Positions 22,521-35,486 of a stretch of 64,000 nucleotides of DNA are shown in pieces. A program made the position numbers and the translations under genes. The notes beneath the pieces were generated by a model that was not told where the DNA came from, ran no database searches, and worked only from the letters and a program-made list of their open reading frames with translations. Source of the stretch: Takakia lepidozioides (taxonomy: Eukaryota; Plantae; Bryophyta); assembly GCA_030704615.1 (NCBI GenBank), contig CM060731.1:91388001-91452000 (forward strand), written 5' to 3'. Numbering within the stretch: the first letter of the stretch is position 1; each line of letters begins with the position of its first letter.

Positions 22521-25500
22521 GATGGCTCCGAATTCCTACGCTATAGTTTGTTGTCCTCCGCAACTTGGGAGAGCTTGGATCCCAAACGAGGGAGGACTTT
22601 ACAGAGTGACTGAAACTTACCTTTGTTCCAAATTCAAGCTCAAACCGGGCACAGTTTATTTGGAAGAAGAAAGGAAGGATGTTCCTGGACAGGTTGACGA
22701 GACCATTGTCGTGCTAGGTAACGACGGAGGTTGCGGAATCGAATGGCACGTACCCCCATCAGACACCATCCTGTACCGAGCTGTGGGAATGCCCATTCCC
22801 TTTCCGAATCAGTCGCTGCCCACACCATCCACAAAGGAGTCGGGAAACTGACAGGCGGCCACTGCCAACAGAGAGGTATGCAACGATAATCATTCCCAAC
22901 CTGGACCGTCAAGACCCTCCATAGCTTCTCGTGTGGACGTATTCGACATTTCCGACGAGGAAGATGAGTGCATTGAGGTCCCCATGTCCTCCACACGGTC
23001 GTTCAAATCCGACATAGACGTCTCTGCAGGTGCTACGCATGTACCCTCGAGCATAACTCCAACCCGGTCCATTGTGCAGCTCCTACGGCAACATCACCTC
23101 GATGGTTCTCGCTCCAAGTTGGCTGCTCTTGACTATGCCAAATTTCCCGTCAAGAAGGTAACGTATCTGCCTCCCGAAGTCGATGGCAATGTCATCTTCG
23201 AGTTTCCACCTGTTACTTCGTCAAACAAAGCCTCAGGGATGTTAACAGACATGGATCGAAAGCATGACGGACACCCCTGGTGTGTGACGAAGACCAGTAG
23301 CACGAAAATTGCTGATGGTGTTCGTGTACGATACGTCCTCTGTGCGGGGAAGCTGAGGTGCCTCAATCCCGCCTGCTTCCACTTTCTCTCCAAAGGAGGG
23401 TGGAGAAACGAGACGGATTGGACTGGCACAACGCATCATCCATTCATTGTCTCCAGCCAAGCTCCTGTGGGTACTTTCAAGTGCGCACATTGCAAAAAAT
23501 CACCGACGTGCATGTCCATGTGCAGAGCCAAGCAATATTACATAATCCATTTGCTCCCGGACTTGACTAGAGCTTGCATACACGTTGGGGTCCACTGCCA
23601 CCCCTTGGCGAGAGGCAACATGCGTGAGGCTGTGCAGGAAGCACACGACATCATAAAAGAGGAGGTGAAATTGAGCCCCGGAGCCAGACCAACGCAGATT
23701 CAGCTGAAGGCAGCCCACAAGATTGCTCTTGGCCAAATCATGTCTAAAGATGGTTTAGACCGAGTGCCCTTGAACGAAGAGGAGATGCTTGACCTGTTGG
23801 AGTCCGTCTCGCACGTTTGTAGTCCGAATGTGCGGAATCACATCGTATCTTGCAAGCAGGAGTTCAGCCGGGGGTCGGACATGCACTCAATCCTGGAGGT
23901 GAAACGAATGACTGGATATGACTACATCCAAGGTAGCAGGTTTCCAGGGCAAGGCAGCGAATCCGATCGTTGTTACATTTTTAAAATGTCGACGTGTGGG
24001 CCTGGGAGTGGAGTCGACTTGGTCACTCGCATGACAACTGGAAACTTGTCGAATGCTTGGGTGATGTTTGATCACATCAAGCGAATTACAAACCATCAGT
24101 GGATGACTATGGGTGCGCATGTTTATGACTATCACTCCAAGAGGCTCATGACGATTGCAATCTGCGAGATGAAAGGGGAGGACACACAGTCGGAGATGCA
24201 TCTGTGGGAGGGCATAAACGAGCAGATGGCAAGGGCGGGATTGGCAGAGCCCAATTTCAGGGGATTCATGGCAGACAACGCTCAGGCCAACTGGGCAGCA
24301 GTGCGGCGTGTGTACGGTGAGGACCCCAATGTTCCAATGGAGGGGAAAGAGATATCCTGTGGATTCTATTGGATGCAGAGTCTATCTCACTACACTACCA
24401 AATTTGTTGCTAGCTCATTCCAGGCTGAACACCGTGTCCTTTGAACAGCGTGGAAGGATGCACCCACATTTGATGACGCGGAAGTTAAGTTTGCTATCAG
24501 GCTTAGTGGAACACGTTAGGTGCAGTGGAGACAACCAATCTGGGAGCCTTGCACAGCTGGTTGGGGTGGTGGCATTTCCGGTATCGACAGTTCGGATAGT
24601 ACATGCGGGAGGTATGATGTTGTCATTTTCGTGCAATTGTCTTTCTATTACGGACCTTTCCATTGGTCCCTCACCATTGTTTGTGTCCTTGTAGGAGTGG
24701 TGCTTGGATTCCGACACAGACATGCCGAACACAAATATGGCAGAATCAGTGCACTCCTCCTGGCGAGCGTCTTCTGCCGCACATTTGGTGGACGTAGTGA
24801 CGGCCACAACGGAGGACACCGACAGAGCAATCATGCAGCAAGCCACGTACTACAAGTTCCTGAGCGGGAAACAATGGGGCTTTGGGCTGGACAGGTAGGA
24901 GGTTGTTGGTACGAACAGCTTCGAGGTCGAAGAATCCACTGAAATGGGCGACAACACTGCGAGAGAAGATCAAAGGGACGCCTCTGCACCACAGAGGTGA
25001 ACACCTAGAGGGCGACGTCCGTACTCGCCCTGTGAGGCGGAGGATTGAAGAGGAACCCGGGTGCGAAGAGGATTCCTGGAGATCCGACAGGAACATTTGG
25101 ACAGCACCTCGAGGTCCCGTCATGTTGCCGCACAATGTGTCTTCCAGTAGTGAAAGCCCAAGAAATTCCAGATCGCCATTGCCTTCAAGCGGGGATTCCG
25201 TGCTAGAAATTCCCACCGCTCACTTGCCCCAGATTCCGCCCGCTGTTATGCAGTATGGCCAAGCCATTGTGGAGACGATTGTGTCTGCGTCACAGTGGAG
25301 AATTACTCGCACAAGGCTGTCGTTTCGAGGCAGCTGTTCCGCAATTCGAGTGGATACACGACAACGTTGTTTAGAGATGATAAGGAGGAATCCAAATAGG
25401 GCTGTCCCTGCTCCTACTTTTACAGGAAGATTTGTCCATGCAAAGTTTGCGGAGGCGACAACCACCCAGTTCTGGTTCTGCAGGCACGACATTATGACTT

Positions 25501-26126
25501 GCGTGTATGGAAAGCCCAAGTACGGCATACAAACAATGCCAGAGGCTCCCCCGGTGTGGCCGGTGGAACCAGGCTGCGATCTGAGTCAGGTTGAGGCTAA
25601 CGCCCTTACCGCCGCAGGATTTCGGATGGTGCAGCGCACTGACGTCCCCAGACAACCATTTCCGCTTCCACAACCTCCACCACCGACCCCTGTGAGAGCA
25701 AGAACAATGGGACGCGACAGCTCTAAGCATCCTACACACCGTTGGGGGAAACCGAAGAGGCGGCGACCTCCCTCAAAAGTGAACGAGACAAGGATGGGGA
25801 ATGCACTTCGGATGAACTGTACAATTCAGAGCTCGACAGAAGTGCTCCCACCAGGCTTCAGGTGTGTGTATCAGATGGCCACGGCAAGCTCAGCTGTTCG
25901 CAATGAGGTGTACACCATCACCATTTCAGAATTACCCACATGCAATTGCACCAACTTCCAGATCATGGCGAACAAGGGGGCATCATACTGCCCTTGCAAG
26001 CATCTGTACTACGTGTACCTAAAGAGACTCCGGTGTAATTCCACAACTCATCACTTCATACATGCACCAGGGTTGAGCCCCCAAGAGGTGCACACTCTTC
26101 TGAATATGGATCTAGGGGACCAGTGA
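22521..26126 (+). pseudogene. Mutator-like transposase with GCM-like DNA-binding domain and C-terminal SWIM finger
   Basis: GCM-like pattern GHPW..T..CAG..C..C..C..C..C..GVHCHP. DDE core WVMFD / FMADNAQA / degenerate CxxH (CGFYW) / WLGWW / NTNMAESVH, with intron at about 24612-24694. SWIM CNC..CPCKHLYYV. In-frame TGA at 22849 and 24442. Confidence 0.82.
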
Positions 26127-26912
26127 GCTTGGCTTGCGGTCCCAACACAATGGTACGCCCATCCTTTTCGGATAGTAGAACTGTACTGCTGCAAGTAGCT
26201 CTGACTTTGGCCACAGAAAGGTCCGACTTATGTCTTGCCTACCAGTAACCTGTTTTGCTCGAACTAAGATAATACTATGTCATTCACTCGTGTTTCCACG
26301 TGCATGTATTTTTGTGTGTTGGAGGGTTCCTGTTTTTCTGCTCTCCCAAACTTTGCTTTCCTCATTCGACCCCCGGCAAGGAAATGCGGCGCCGCATTTC
26401 CAAGTAACGTTGTAGGTACTGGTAGATGCGGCCTTCGCCAACACCAAACCGCCCAAAAATTTCGCACGTGCGAACCCTAATGCGGCACCGCATTTCCCAG
26501 TTGAGTCGCAAACCTTTCTCGCCGAATACCCGAAGATGACAGAATTGTGAAGTACTGCAGACTCTATTGGTGCAGACTCTATTGGTTCAATCGCGGCAGA
26601 AGGGTCAGCTTCATTCCAATGTTAAGGCATGTAAAACCGCGGAATACTCTATACAGGCCAGTATGCGACGTCCTTTTGTCGTGGTATACTGGATTTCTCG
26701 TTGCACGGTCACTCATTTCCATGAGCGGATCTAAAAAACCATGAGCGGACTTGTTACTGACGACATATCTTCACCGCATTATAGGATCTGGAACTTCCAA
26801 AAACGGCAAGGTCAAATTAAAAAACTATTATTTTAATACTTGTTTAATCTGCCGCATTTCCAAATTTGGAGGAGTCCGCTCATGAAATCCGCGTGTCTTA
26901 GACTTCGGCTCA

Positions 26913-26972
26913 CCGCTCATGCGGCTCATGCGGCTCATGGCTCATGGCTCATGGCTCATGGTTTCTGCTCAT
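26913..26972 (+). repeat. (GGCTCAT)n-type tandem repeat
   Basis: CCGCTCATGCGGCTCATGCGGCTCATGGCTCATGGCTCATGGCTCATGG. Confidence 0.85.
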
Positions 26973-27005
26973 GAAATAGTAAACCTCTTAGGAGGGGTCG
27001 AGGTG

Positions 27006-28703
27006 TGTAGCGGAATGGGTTGGGCTCAAGGAACCGCCCACCCAACTGTGGTTAGTGCAGGGGTCTGCGCCAATGCTAGTGGCGGGGTTCCTCAAACAAT
27101 TCTAATTCTACCGACAAAGAGAATACAATTTCTATTTCACAGGGCGAGGTTGCGTTCCTAGTTCCTACAGTCTTTTTATGTATTTTTAGTTTTTAATTGC
27201 CCTCCAAGTCTTTGTTTATTACTAAGTCTTACTAGCCTAAACCCCCGAGCCGCTTATAGCCGGGACTTCCCTTCGTCCCTTCACAAAGCACCTACCGGGT
27301 TTAGGGAGAAAGGGAGATCTTCCCTTTCCCAATGCCCCTCCGAATCCTGGGTGGTTGAGTTCAAGCACCTCTCAGGACGGGCCAAAAACCCCTTGCAAAC
27401 TTCCCAAATCTAGGGGTCGAAGGGTTTAAATCAATTCCAAAGCTACAACCAATTTCTCCTATTTTCTTTTCCAACAAATAACCAGAAATAAATAAATAAA
27501 TGGAAAATAATAATAAATACCGCTGAGAGAATCTGCTCCAGATCCCAGGGATCTAGGAATTACCTGCAGGGGCCACGGGCAACGCCTGAGAATGCACCTG
27601 ATCTTTGGGAACCCCATGAACCTGTTCCCGTGTGGGGAGGGGGGGGTGGGCCTCTGCCTCTGCCCCTGCCCGACGAATGAAAACAACGGAGGCGAATGAG
27701 ATCGTAGTTCATCCGCTAGCCAAAACGTGCGTGGTACTGCCGCGACCTACCCTGCCTGGTGGGCCCAGCCTTTTCTCCCTCCAGGCTCTTATAGGATATA
27801 TTAACTAAATAAGGGAGCAAGAGCGCTTTCCTACCTTACAATAAGTCTTCCCCTACCTTTCTCCCTTTCAGTATTCACTACTGTAGCCTAAAAATCAGGA
27901 TAGAGTAGTTTGTACCCAAAATCTCTTCGCCACTGTCTCGGCGTGTAGCTCGGGGCTCGGGAATCCTCACTCTCAGAGACCTGATCCAAAAGAGAGGCCA
28001 CTCTCTAGGCTATCTCCTCCCCGACTCTCGGATTTTTCCTACCATTAAATCTATTGATACAACAAAAGCTAAGGGGCTATCCCCAATAAACAATAGAGAA
28101 GGGTTCAAAAAAACCCCTTAAACACCCCCCCCCCCACCGGGGCCATCCGCTGGGTAAAGGCTCCCTGGACACGTGGCGGGGCACGCTCAGGCGCGGCCGC
28201 ACGTGCGGTTTACCCAGCGGTCCGTCCAGTGTATGTCTGCTCCGTCGTCCAGCGGTCCGCCAATCGCGGCCGCCTGGCGGTCCTGCGCGCGGGGCTCTCA
28301 GCCTGCCCGCACGCTGATTAGATGCTCCATAATTGCCTGTAAATCCTCAGGTCAATCGGAGTTAAAAACCAATTCCAAACGCCGTTCTCCGTGGATCCGT
28401 CGCGTAGGAAGTCTGCTACTTCCCTGGAAATTCTCCTAATGGTGATGCTCCTGACGTCTTGGATTCTGCCACTTGATCTTGAACACTCGGAAGTCACCTC
28501 CAACTACCCTTTCGCACCGTTGGCTGGCCACGCTCCGCTCCGAAGTCGTCCATTCCGTCGTTGTTCCGATGCAATGTCCTGCTGTTGTTGCGATATTTCA
28601 TCGCTATATAATTTTCTAATTCTAATTTGCCAAGTGTTGTCACCGTGTGGACCTACTGGATAAGTGAAGGGGGAGAAAAGAGAGATCGCAACCCGTCCTT
28701 ACA
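27006..28703. mobile_element. Probable ~1.7-kb LTR
   Basis: Termini TGTAG...CTTACA (TGTA/TACA), non-coding with GC-rich core. No TSD and no partner LTR in the window. Confidence 0.45.
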
Positions 28704-29074
28704 GTCGCCCTCATACAGTTCAAACAATTCCAAGTTGCTGCTAGTTGTACCGTGTTGGTAGCCTACTATGTGTCTTTGCAGCTTTCCTACTGTCGTTTTG
28801 ACGCCAGAGTGCCACTCAATGCTCGTTTCAGACTTAATCTAATTCCTAAGTGCTTCACCAGCGGTTCCCAAATAACTAACAACTTGTGATAATTTGGCAG
28901 TACAATACCGAAACCCCGGTTGCAGGTATGGACGTGACGCCGTAGTAACACGTCAGCGTCGGCATCACGTCACGACGTGACGGTCGTCACGTCGCGTCCA
29001 TAAGAAGTCATTCATCGCGGTAAAATATATATATATATATATATATATATACTTTTTTACTTTTTACCTTGCCA

Positions 29075-29340
29075 CGTTGGCGACAACGAGGACGAAGGCG
29101 ACCGGCCAGGTGACGGCTTGCCGAGGCGACCATGCAGGCGCCGGTCGCCGGGCGGGATGGGGCGCCGGCCCGGGTGACCGCCACGTCAGCGGTCATCTGG
29201 CGGGATGGGCCGCTGGCCCGGGCAACCGCCACATCAGCCATGTGGGCGACCGCCACATCAGCGGTCGCCACATTGCGCTGGTGGCGGACATCTTCCGGAA
29301 GGCGCTTGGGTGACCGCTTTTGAGCGGTCGCCCATATAAG
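29075..29340 (+). promoter_or_regulatory. GGCGRYCGCC motif array followed by TATA box
   Basis: Repeated GGCGACCGCC/GGCGGTCGCC variants, then TATAA at 29335 and CACTTTCACTC (also present after the TATA at 39696). Confidence 0.5.
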
Positions 29341-29748
29341 GGAAAGGAGGCCATTCTTGGCTCTCACTTTCACTCTTCCCCTTTAGCTCTGTGGGTGTGG
29401 GATGCTTTGTATTCTACCAAGCGGAGTTAGAGGAAGAGGGAAGCCGTTGACACGGAGGGGGAGGTTTTGTCTCCGATTTTTATAAAATTGTGGGTTTTTT
29501 CCTACCCCCGCATCCCATCTTTGGCTTCCAAACCCATTTTCTCAATTCATTAGGTAGGGACTAAATAGATCTTTGTGTATTTTGGATTTGGCCCCCCCTT
29601 GTGGTGTGTTACATTTTACTGTGATTTTGCTGAAATTGGTGAGTTTCGGTCAAACGAGGTGACTGGAGCAGGTACACTAGGCCTTTACATCATATAGAAA
29701 TAAATGAGAGTTGTGTAAAGGCTATATAATATTACGAACGTTATAAAA

Positions 29749-31412
29749 ATGACGGAGGAGGGGGGGCAACGGCGTAGGCACCGAGAGGAGGCGGTCGAAC
29801 CAGGCCCCGCAGGGAAGAGAAGTGCCAAAGGGAAGAAACATGACCTCAATTGGGACGTTTACGATAGGCCGGAAATTCAAGCGGCCGACGGATGGGATGC
29901 TATTCCGGAGGACAAACTGTGGACTATGGGGATGTGTAAAAAATTCGTGAAAATGTGTAACATAAACCGTTTGTGGCCCAGGCCAAGGCATCAGATACAC
30001 ACTCGGAACAATTGCTGCGACGCCCCAACTTGCACAAATGCACATTTTCGCCAGAGGGCCAAAGATGTATACAAGACATTGTGGGGACAACCAAAGTTGT
30101 ACCAAAACTCCATACCATATACATTGGCAGCCATGGTGTATGTTGAGGTTATTTTGCATAGGCCTGTGGATTGGCAGACAGCCACAAAACGAAAAGGAGT
30201 GAAGCAGTACACCCTTAGCGACATCCCCGACACATATGAGCCCCAGCCCCAAAGCCAGTTGAATGCAGCTGCAGCAACATTAGCACTACCATCACCCCAA
30301 CGCGAGTTGAATGCACCTGCAGCAACAGTAGCACTGCCATCGTCCCAACCCGTATTGAATGCACCCGAAGCAACTGCAGCACAACCTTTGTTGGAAAACG
30401 AATTGCAAGCCAAAGACCGACGTATCGCGGTGTTGGAGGACATGGTGAATAGGCAAAGGCTGTGAATAGATGACAAAAGGCAAGGAGCCTATGGTGGTGA
30501 GGGATAAGTGTTCGGGAACAACTATTCAATCCGACACAACAATTGTTGTGGAAAATCTCATTAAGGAACGTGATACCGCAAGGGCGACTGCAAATCGGCT
30601 GGCCAGGGTAGTAGACCTCAAAAGGTTTGTGCCACGTGAAGAGAGGTGGATGGAGTGGGTCATGTGGGCGAGAACTTTGGCATCAGAAGAGGTTCAGAAA
30701 GAACATGCACTATATCGACTACAACAAGCTGCACGGATGTCAGATCGTGTTGTGCAGAACATTTATGCAAGCATGGAGCGCTATGAGACATTTGCCACTA
30801 ACCGAGAAAAACAAACGGATGAAGAAAGAAAAAAACGTGAAGGCCAAGACGTGTCCGCTGCACTTGCCACCCATACATCCGAGTTTGACTCATTCACGGT
30901 GTGGGGTGATTTACATGGCATGTGTTGACCGTTGTGAACATAGAGTTGGTGGAGGCAATGAGAGCATAATTTGGGAATTTGAAATGGAGGAGGAGTGGGA
31001 TGCTAGTGAGACACAAATGTCATCTCACTTGTTTGACAAGAAGCGGGTGGAGTGCTCACGTCCTCCAATACCATCATGGATCAAAGATGGCTCGTGTTGT
31101 CCAGTTTGCCTTAATCCATATGGTTCGGAGGGTGCATACTTGTTGGGAAGTTGTGGACATATGTTTCACGTAACTTGTTTGAAGTCGGCGGCTCTGATAA
31201 GCAACACATGTCCATCATGTCGTGCGCCAATCCACCGACGTTACTATGAGCTATTTGGGTTGGAGGATGTGATGCCCATAGGGTATGAGCTCAATCGACA
31301 CAATTTCCCTTTGGACCAGGAACCTCACAATTTTTTGAACAGCAAACACTGGGGGAAGACGTTGAGGCTTGTATGCATTGCAAAAACAAACAAACGTCTT
31401 TGGTTCGGGTAG
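29749..31412 (+). pseudogene. Unknown protein with coiled coil and RING-H2 finger (putative E3 ubiquitin ligase), frameshifted
   Basis: CPVC-x-CGHMFHVTC-x-CPSC (C3H2C3) at 31098-31220. Three 16-aa repeats LNA(A/P)xAT. Split over three ORFs. Confidence 0.75.
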
Positions 31413-32264
31413 AGCATTCTCGCATCATTTGCTCGTTGGTCTCCAAACCATTCCTGCTAGAAGAATGCTTGGTAAATCCATCATGATAAAGTCCACGTGA
31501 TCAAAGAGCGTTCAGGCATTCTCAATTCTGGTGAGCATCCATGATGCTCCTGCACATACCTGGCATGTTCGCAAGGGTGGTGAGTAAGAAAATATTTCAC
31601 AGGGACCCGCTTTGGATGATGTGAGTGTGCACCTGCTCACGACATAGGCACATTCCAATGCAGGGGCTTGGTATGTTGATAACGTCTAAATGGATGCACT
31701 AATTTGAATTTTGCATGGACCACGGTTGTACGTCGTATTTGTTGAGCTGAATAACTGTTAACCAAAATAATTTTGATTGACCTAATACGTATTTAATGTA
31801 GAACTTCATAGTGTCGATGAGTAAGTTATAACTTATTAACAAGTCCACCGTTGTTGTCAAGTTGCGGGTTTGGAATTTTAATCAAGTCCACCGGCATACA
31901 TGAATATTTCATAGGGATACTCAATTTCAGAGTGAATAGTTCTCAATACATTGCATGCCAAAATGTGAATATTGCGCGGTCTGCTCTGCTGGACAACCGC
32001 GGTTGTTGTATATCCCATCTTGTTCGTCATTGACCCAACATCATTTGGCATTATTGATATTATTTTATATGAACATCATGGTGCATGCACATTCCACTTT
32101 GCATACATTCATAGTTTCATAATTATATAAATGAAAGTTCCGAACCAATTTCATATTTCATACGAAAGCAAACCGGGCTACATGTATTCCAATAGTTTAG
32201 TGGACCGCGACACATTCACTGCGGACCGTCTTGCAAGTTCTTGCCTACGAAGATGTCCGTCTTC

Positions 32265-35262
32265 CTAATTGTTTCTATTTCTACGACGGGATGACAATCT
32301 TGCCAGCCCCACCAACGTGAAGTCCGAGTCCCCCTGCACTTCACCGCCAGCGCCATGGTCGGTGTTGTCATCGTCCTCAGTGGCCGTTGTGGTTGCATCA
32401 GGCATTCTTAGGCGCATCCGACCCCGTTTGATCTTCATTTGCCGGATTGGCCTATTCCCATTGCGATCAGTAATTCCATCGATAGTATCTGACCCACGTG
32501 TGTTGCGATCACCAATGAAACTTTGTACATTTTTTTGCCTTTTCGCCGCTTGTGGGGGATTTTGTATTCTCGTACCAGAATGGGGGCCACGGTGATGCGT
32601 TGCTGAGGGTCCGCCGACATGATATGAGAGTCGATTGACGTGGGTGGACTGTCGGTTCAGATGGACCTGCAATGGCAAATGATCGTCATCCGATGGATCC
32701 ACTGGAGACATTTCCATCTGCATTTGGGATGATCGAAGTGCCTGTCCTCGCGTCACAGGAGCACTTGCCATGTTTTTTGTCACATTCTCGTGCGACTCGG
32801 GCTCTTCAACTTCCTCTGTTGTTTGCGGTGTTGTGGTGGACGGGAGGGTAACAGTTGCCGCCATGTGTACTTCCACATTTTCATTGGTCGCGTTCCCATT
32901 TGGAATACTACCTGAGCCCCGTTCCTCATCCACGCTTGGGTGAAGGCCGAAGTTGACTGCACTGCTTGGCAATGTCGGAAGAGGATGCACATGCGGGTGG
33001 TGGTCCGTATCATGCACTGTAGTGCGGGTGATTCCAATATGAGCCACATGGTGCACCACATCATCCGCGAGTAAGTCATCAAACATCGAAGGCATTGTAT
33101 CATCGTCCTCGTTGAAACCATGTGCATCATATTCATTTCCCTCTGCATCATTGCCCTCTGCATCATCTCCCGCTTGGGAGCTATCCGAACTAGTAGAATT
33201 ACCGGCATTGTCACTTGCTGTATAGGCCTCAGAAGCTGAGTCTTCATATTGCAAATTCCTCTCGTACCATGCTGCAGTATCATCCCCCGCTTGAGCCCGT
33301 AATAGCCGTGTATTGGTGTACACATATACCAATTTCTCAGCCCTATCCGGATGCAACCTGTTCCGAATCTTACTATGCACGAATGAATAACTACGCCAAT
33401 TACGTTAAGAGGAAGACGCAAAGCACACTTGAGCAAGAATGCGCTTTGTAATAGGGGCCAACGTCCTTGCTCCGGCGCCAATCAAATCCCACCATTCATG
33501 CGGCTGCATGTCAAGTTCTTTTGGATCTGGAAGGTTGTGGAAAGGGTAACGACGATCCGATAAACTTTGATACTGCGATATAGCTCTCTCCCCCTGATTT
33601 GGAGGGGCCAATTTCATGAGTGTCCGTATCAATCCCGCTTTCGCATCGACATCATCTCTCAACATGTTGTTGTCAAGTAGAAATGGATTCAACAATGCCC
33701 CAGCACCATGCAAGTCTGTAGTGGCCATTTTCCATCGTTTCACAAAAGCCGCCTTGGCCCTTCTCGCCAACTTTGCATCTAGTGAGAATGGAGGGTCTTT
33801 CAATGAAAAATACATGTTGCTGAAGGTTCCTCAATAGCAACCATGTCTTTCCCATAACTGGTTTCTTTCCATCGAACTCCCGTAACACAACAAGGGCTGG
33901 CTCCACCATGTGCACAAAATTCTCGCACTTGGACCAGAAATCATCTGATCGAATGGTCTTTCTGACCTTTCGACTTTTGTTGAGTGACTTGTTCTTCCGA
34001 GAGTCCCGCAACGTCCGTACGTGGACTTCCCACTGTGGGTCAATAACAGTGTGCTCGAGCGCGGACCTCACAGTCACTAACCTGTCCACCATCAGGAAGT
34101 TGGTGGCAAACCGAGTTTCTCCTCCATTCTTTAGGCTGTATTTTGGTTCGTGCCTCTTGTATATTGCCAAAGGCATGTGGTGGTTTTGGATGAACTTCAC
34201 AACAGACTTGGCCTGCTTCACAAGGTCTTTCACCCATTGCTCTTTTCCCCAATCTTCTAACAGTAGGTCAAGGATATGAGCACAACATCATTGATAATAC
34301 ATATGAGGGTACTGAGCCAAAAGTAACTAGGCCATATTTCTCATGTTCGAGGTATTGTCCGTACAAATTTGCACAATTTTCTCCGGTCCAACACAGTCAA
34401 TGGCTTTTGATAGCATCAGAAACTGGTAACGTGCATCCTTCCGTTCCCCGGTTGTGTCAATAGCTCCTATAAATTGTTCCCCCACTAGACATACGAGCAT
34501 GATGTTGAATAATGGTCGGTTTGTGACACATCTCCAACCATCGGCACATAATGTACTTCCATATTTTTGCAATGAATCCCCGGTTCGATCTGTTACTCGT
34601 TTTGAAAGGTCAGTCATGGCCTCTTCCAACAATCCCGTACGTAGAGCATTGTAAGGAGGTGGTGTGTATGTGCATTTTGACTCTGAAGTTGTTCTCACAG
34701 CTGAAACAAACGATGGGAGCCGTGCCACGTTGAATGGTATTTTGGCCTTTTAGAAAAACGTTGCCCACTTCTTATCTAACGCCCTCTTCGCTGTCACGTT
34801 CAATCCCTCCGAAATGGATTGTTGTCGCAGGATTGTACTTCTTTGAGATCCTCTTGTATCTTGTGGTGTGATTGCATCTCGACCCCCCTGCCCTAATGTA
34901 CCAGATACCTCGCAAGAGTCCCCTTGCGTACAACTGTATCTTGTGCTTCCGGACGCAAACGTGCTGCTTCTGCATGAGGCGGATTAATCTCCTGACCGCA
35001 ATTCGGTGTGCTGCCTTCTGCGAGGTTCCCTTCTTCGAATGGCTCCGGAACAACCCCTCCACATTGCGCGAAATAAGCTTTCACCTGCATGGATGTTTTT
35101 GAGCATAAACCCACCCCAGGGTTTCGACCATTGCAATCCTTGTACCCCAAATGAGCCAGCATCCGATCTTTGCGATAATGCAATTTATTCCAATAAAGCT
35201 TGCACTCAACACACTCCCTTGTTTGCGGAACTCTTGTGTACCAACGGGTCCATTCGTTTTTC
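32265..35262 (-). pseudogene. hAT transposase (BED-like finger, DUF659-type core, dimerisation domain), degenerate
   Basis: CVECK..MLAHLG; CADGW..RPLFNIM; ICTDNTSNM; CAHILDLLLED; GETRFAT; WWDLIG..RILAQV..RNW..HSKIRNRL..AEKLVYV. Long acidic C-terminal tail. Confidence 0.9.
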
Positions 35263-35486
35263 ATTTTGTAGAGGGATCCTACGGTAATGATGAAGAAAAA
35301 GAATGGTGGATCCAAGAGTGGATCACACACTTCAAGTAATCATGTGCAGTGTATGCCAACAGAATGGCATGAACAGGAAAGACCTCTCTTGTAGCCTCCT
35401 CTTGTGCACCACTCTCATACAAAGAACGGTGTACGTCCCAGCTCACAAAAGTGGATGCCACAAGTGAAGTAAGAAGGTGTCTCAGC

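Larger units (their letters stand above)
14933..27000. mobile_element. Large decayed Mutator-like (GCM-domain) DNA transposon carrying a methyltransferase-like gene
   Basis: The AAATGCGGnnCCGCATTT motif occurs from about 14975 to about 26860. Contains a divergent MTase-like gene and a MULE transposase. Right end duplicated at 48540-49880. Exact termini not established. Confidence 0.7.

Noticed and set aside
14933-27000. Terminal inverted repeats/TSD for the MULE-like element
   Set aside because: Only weak similarity (CATTTCCAAATTTGGAG at about 26856 versus the reverse complement of about 14963-14978). No TSD, and the interrupted PPR does not resume.
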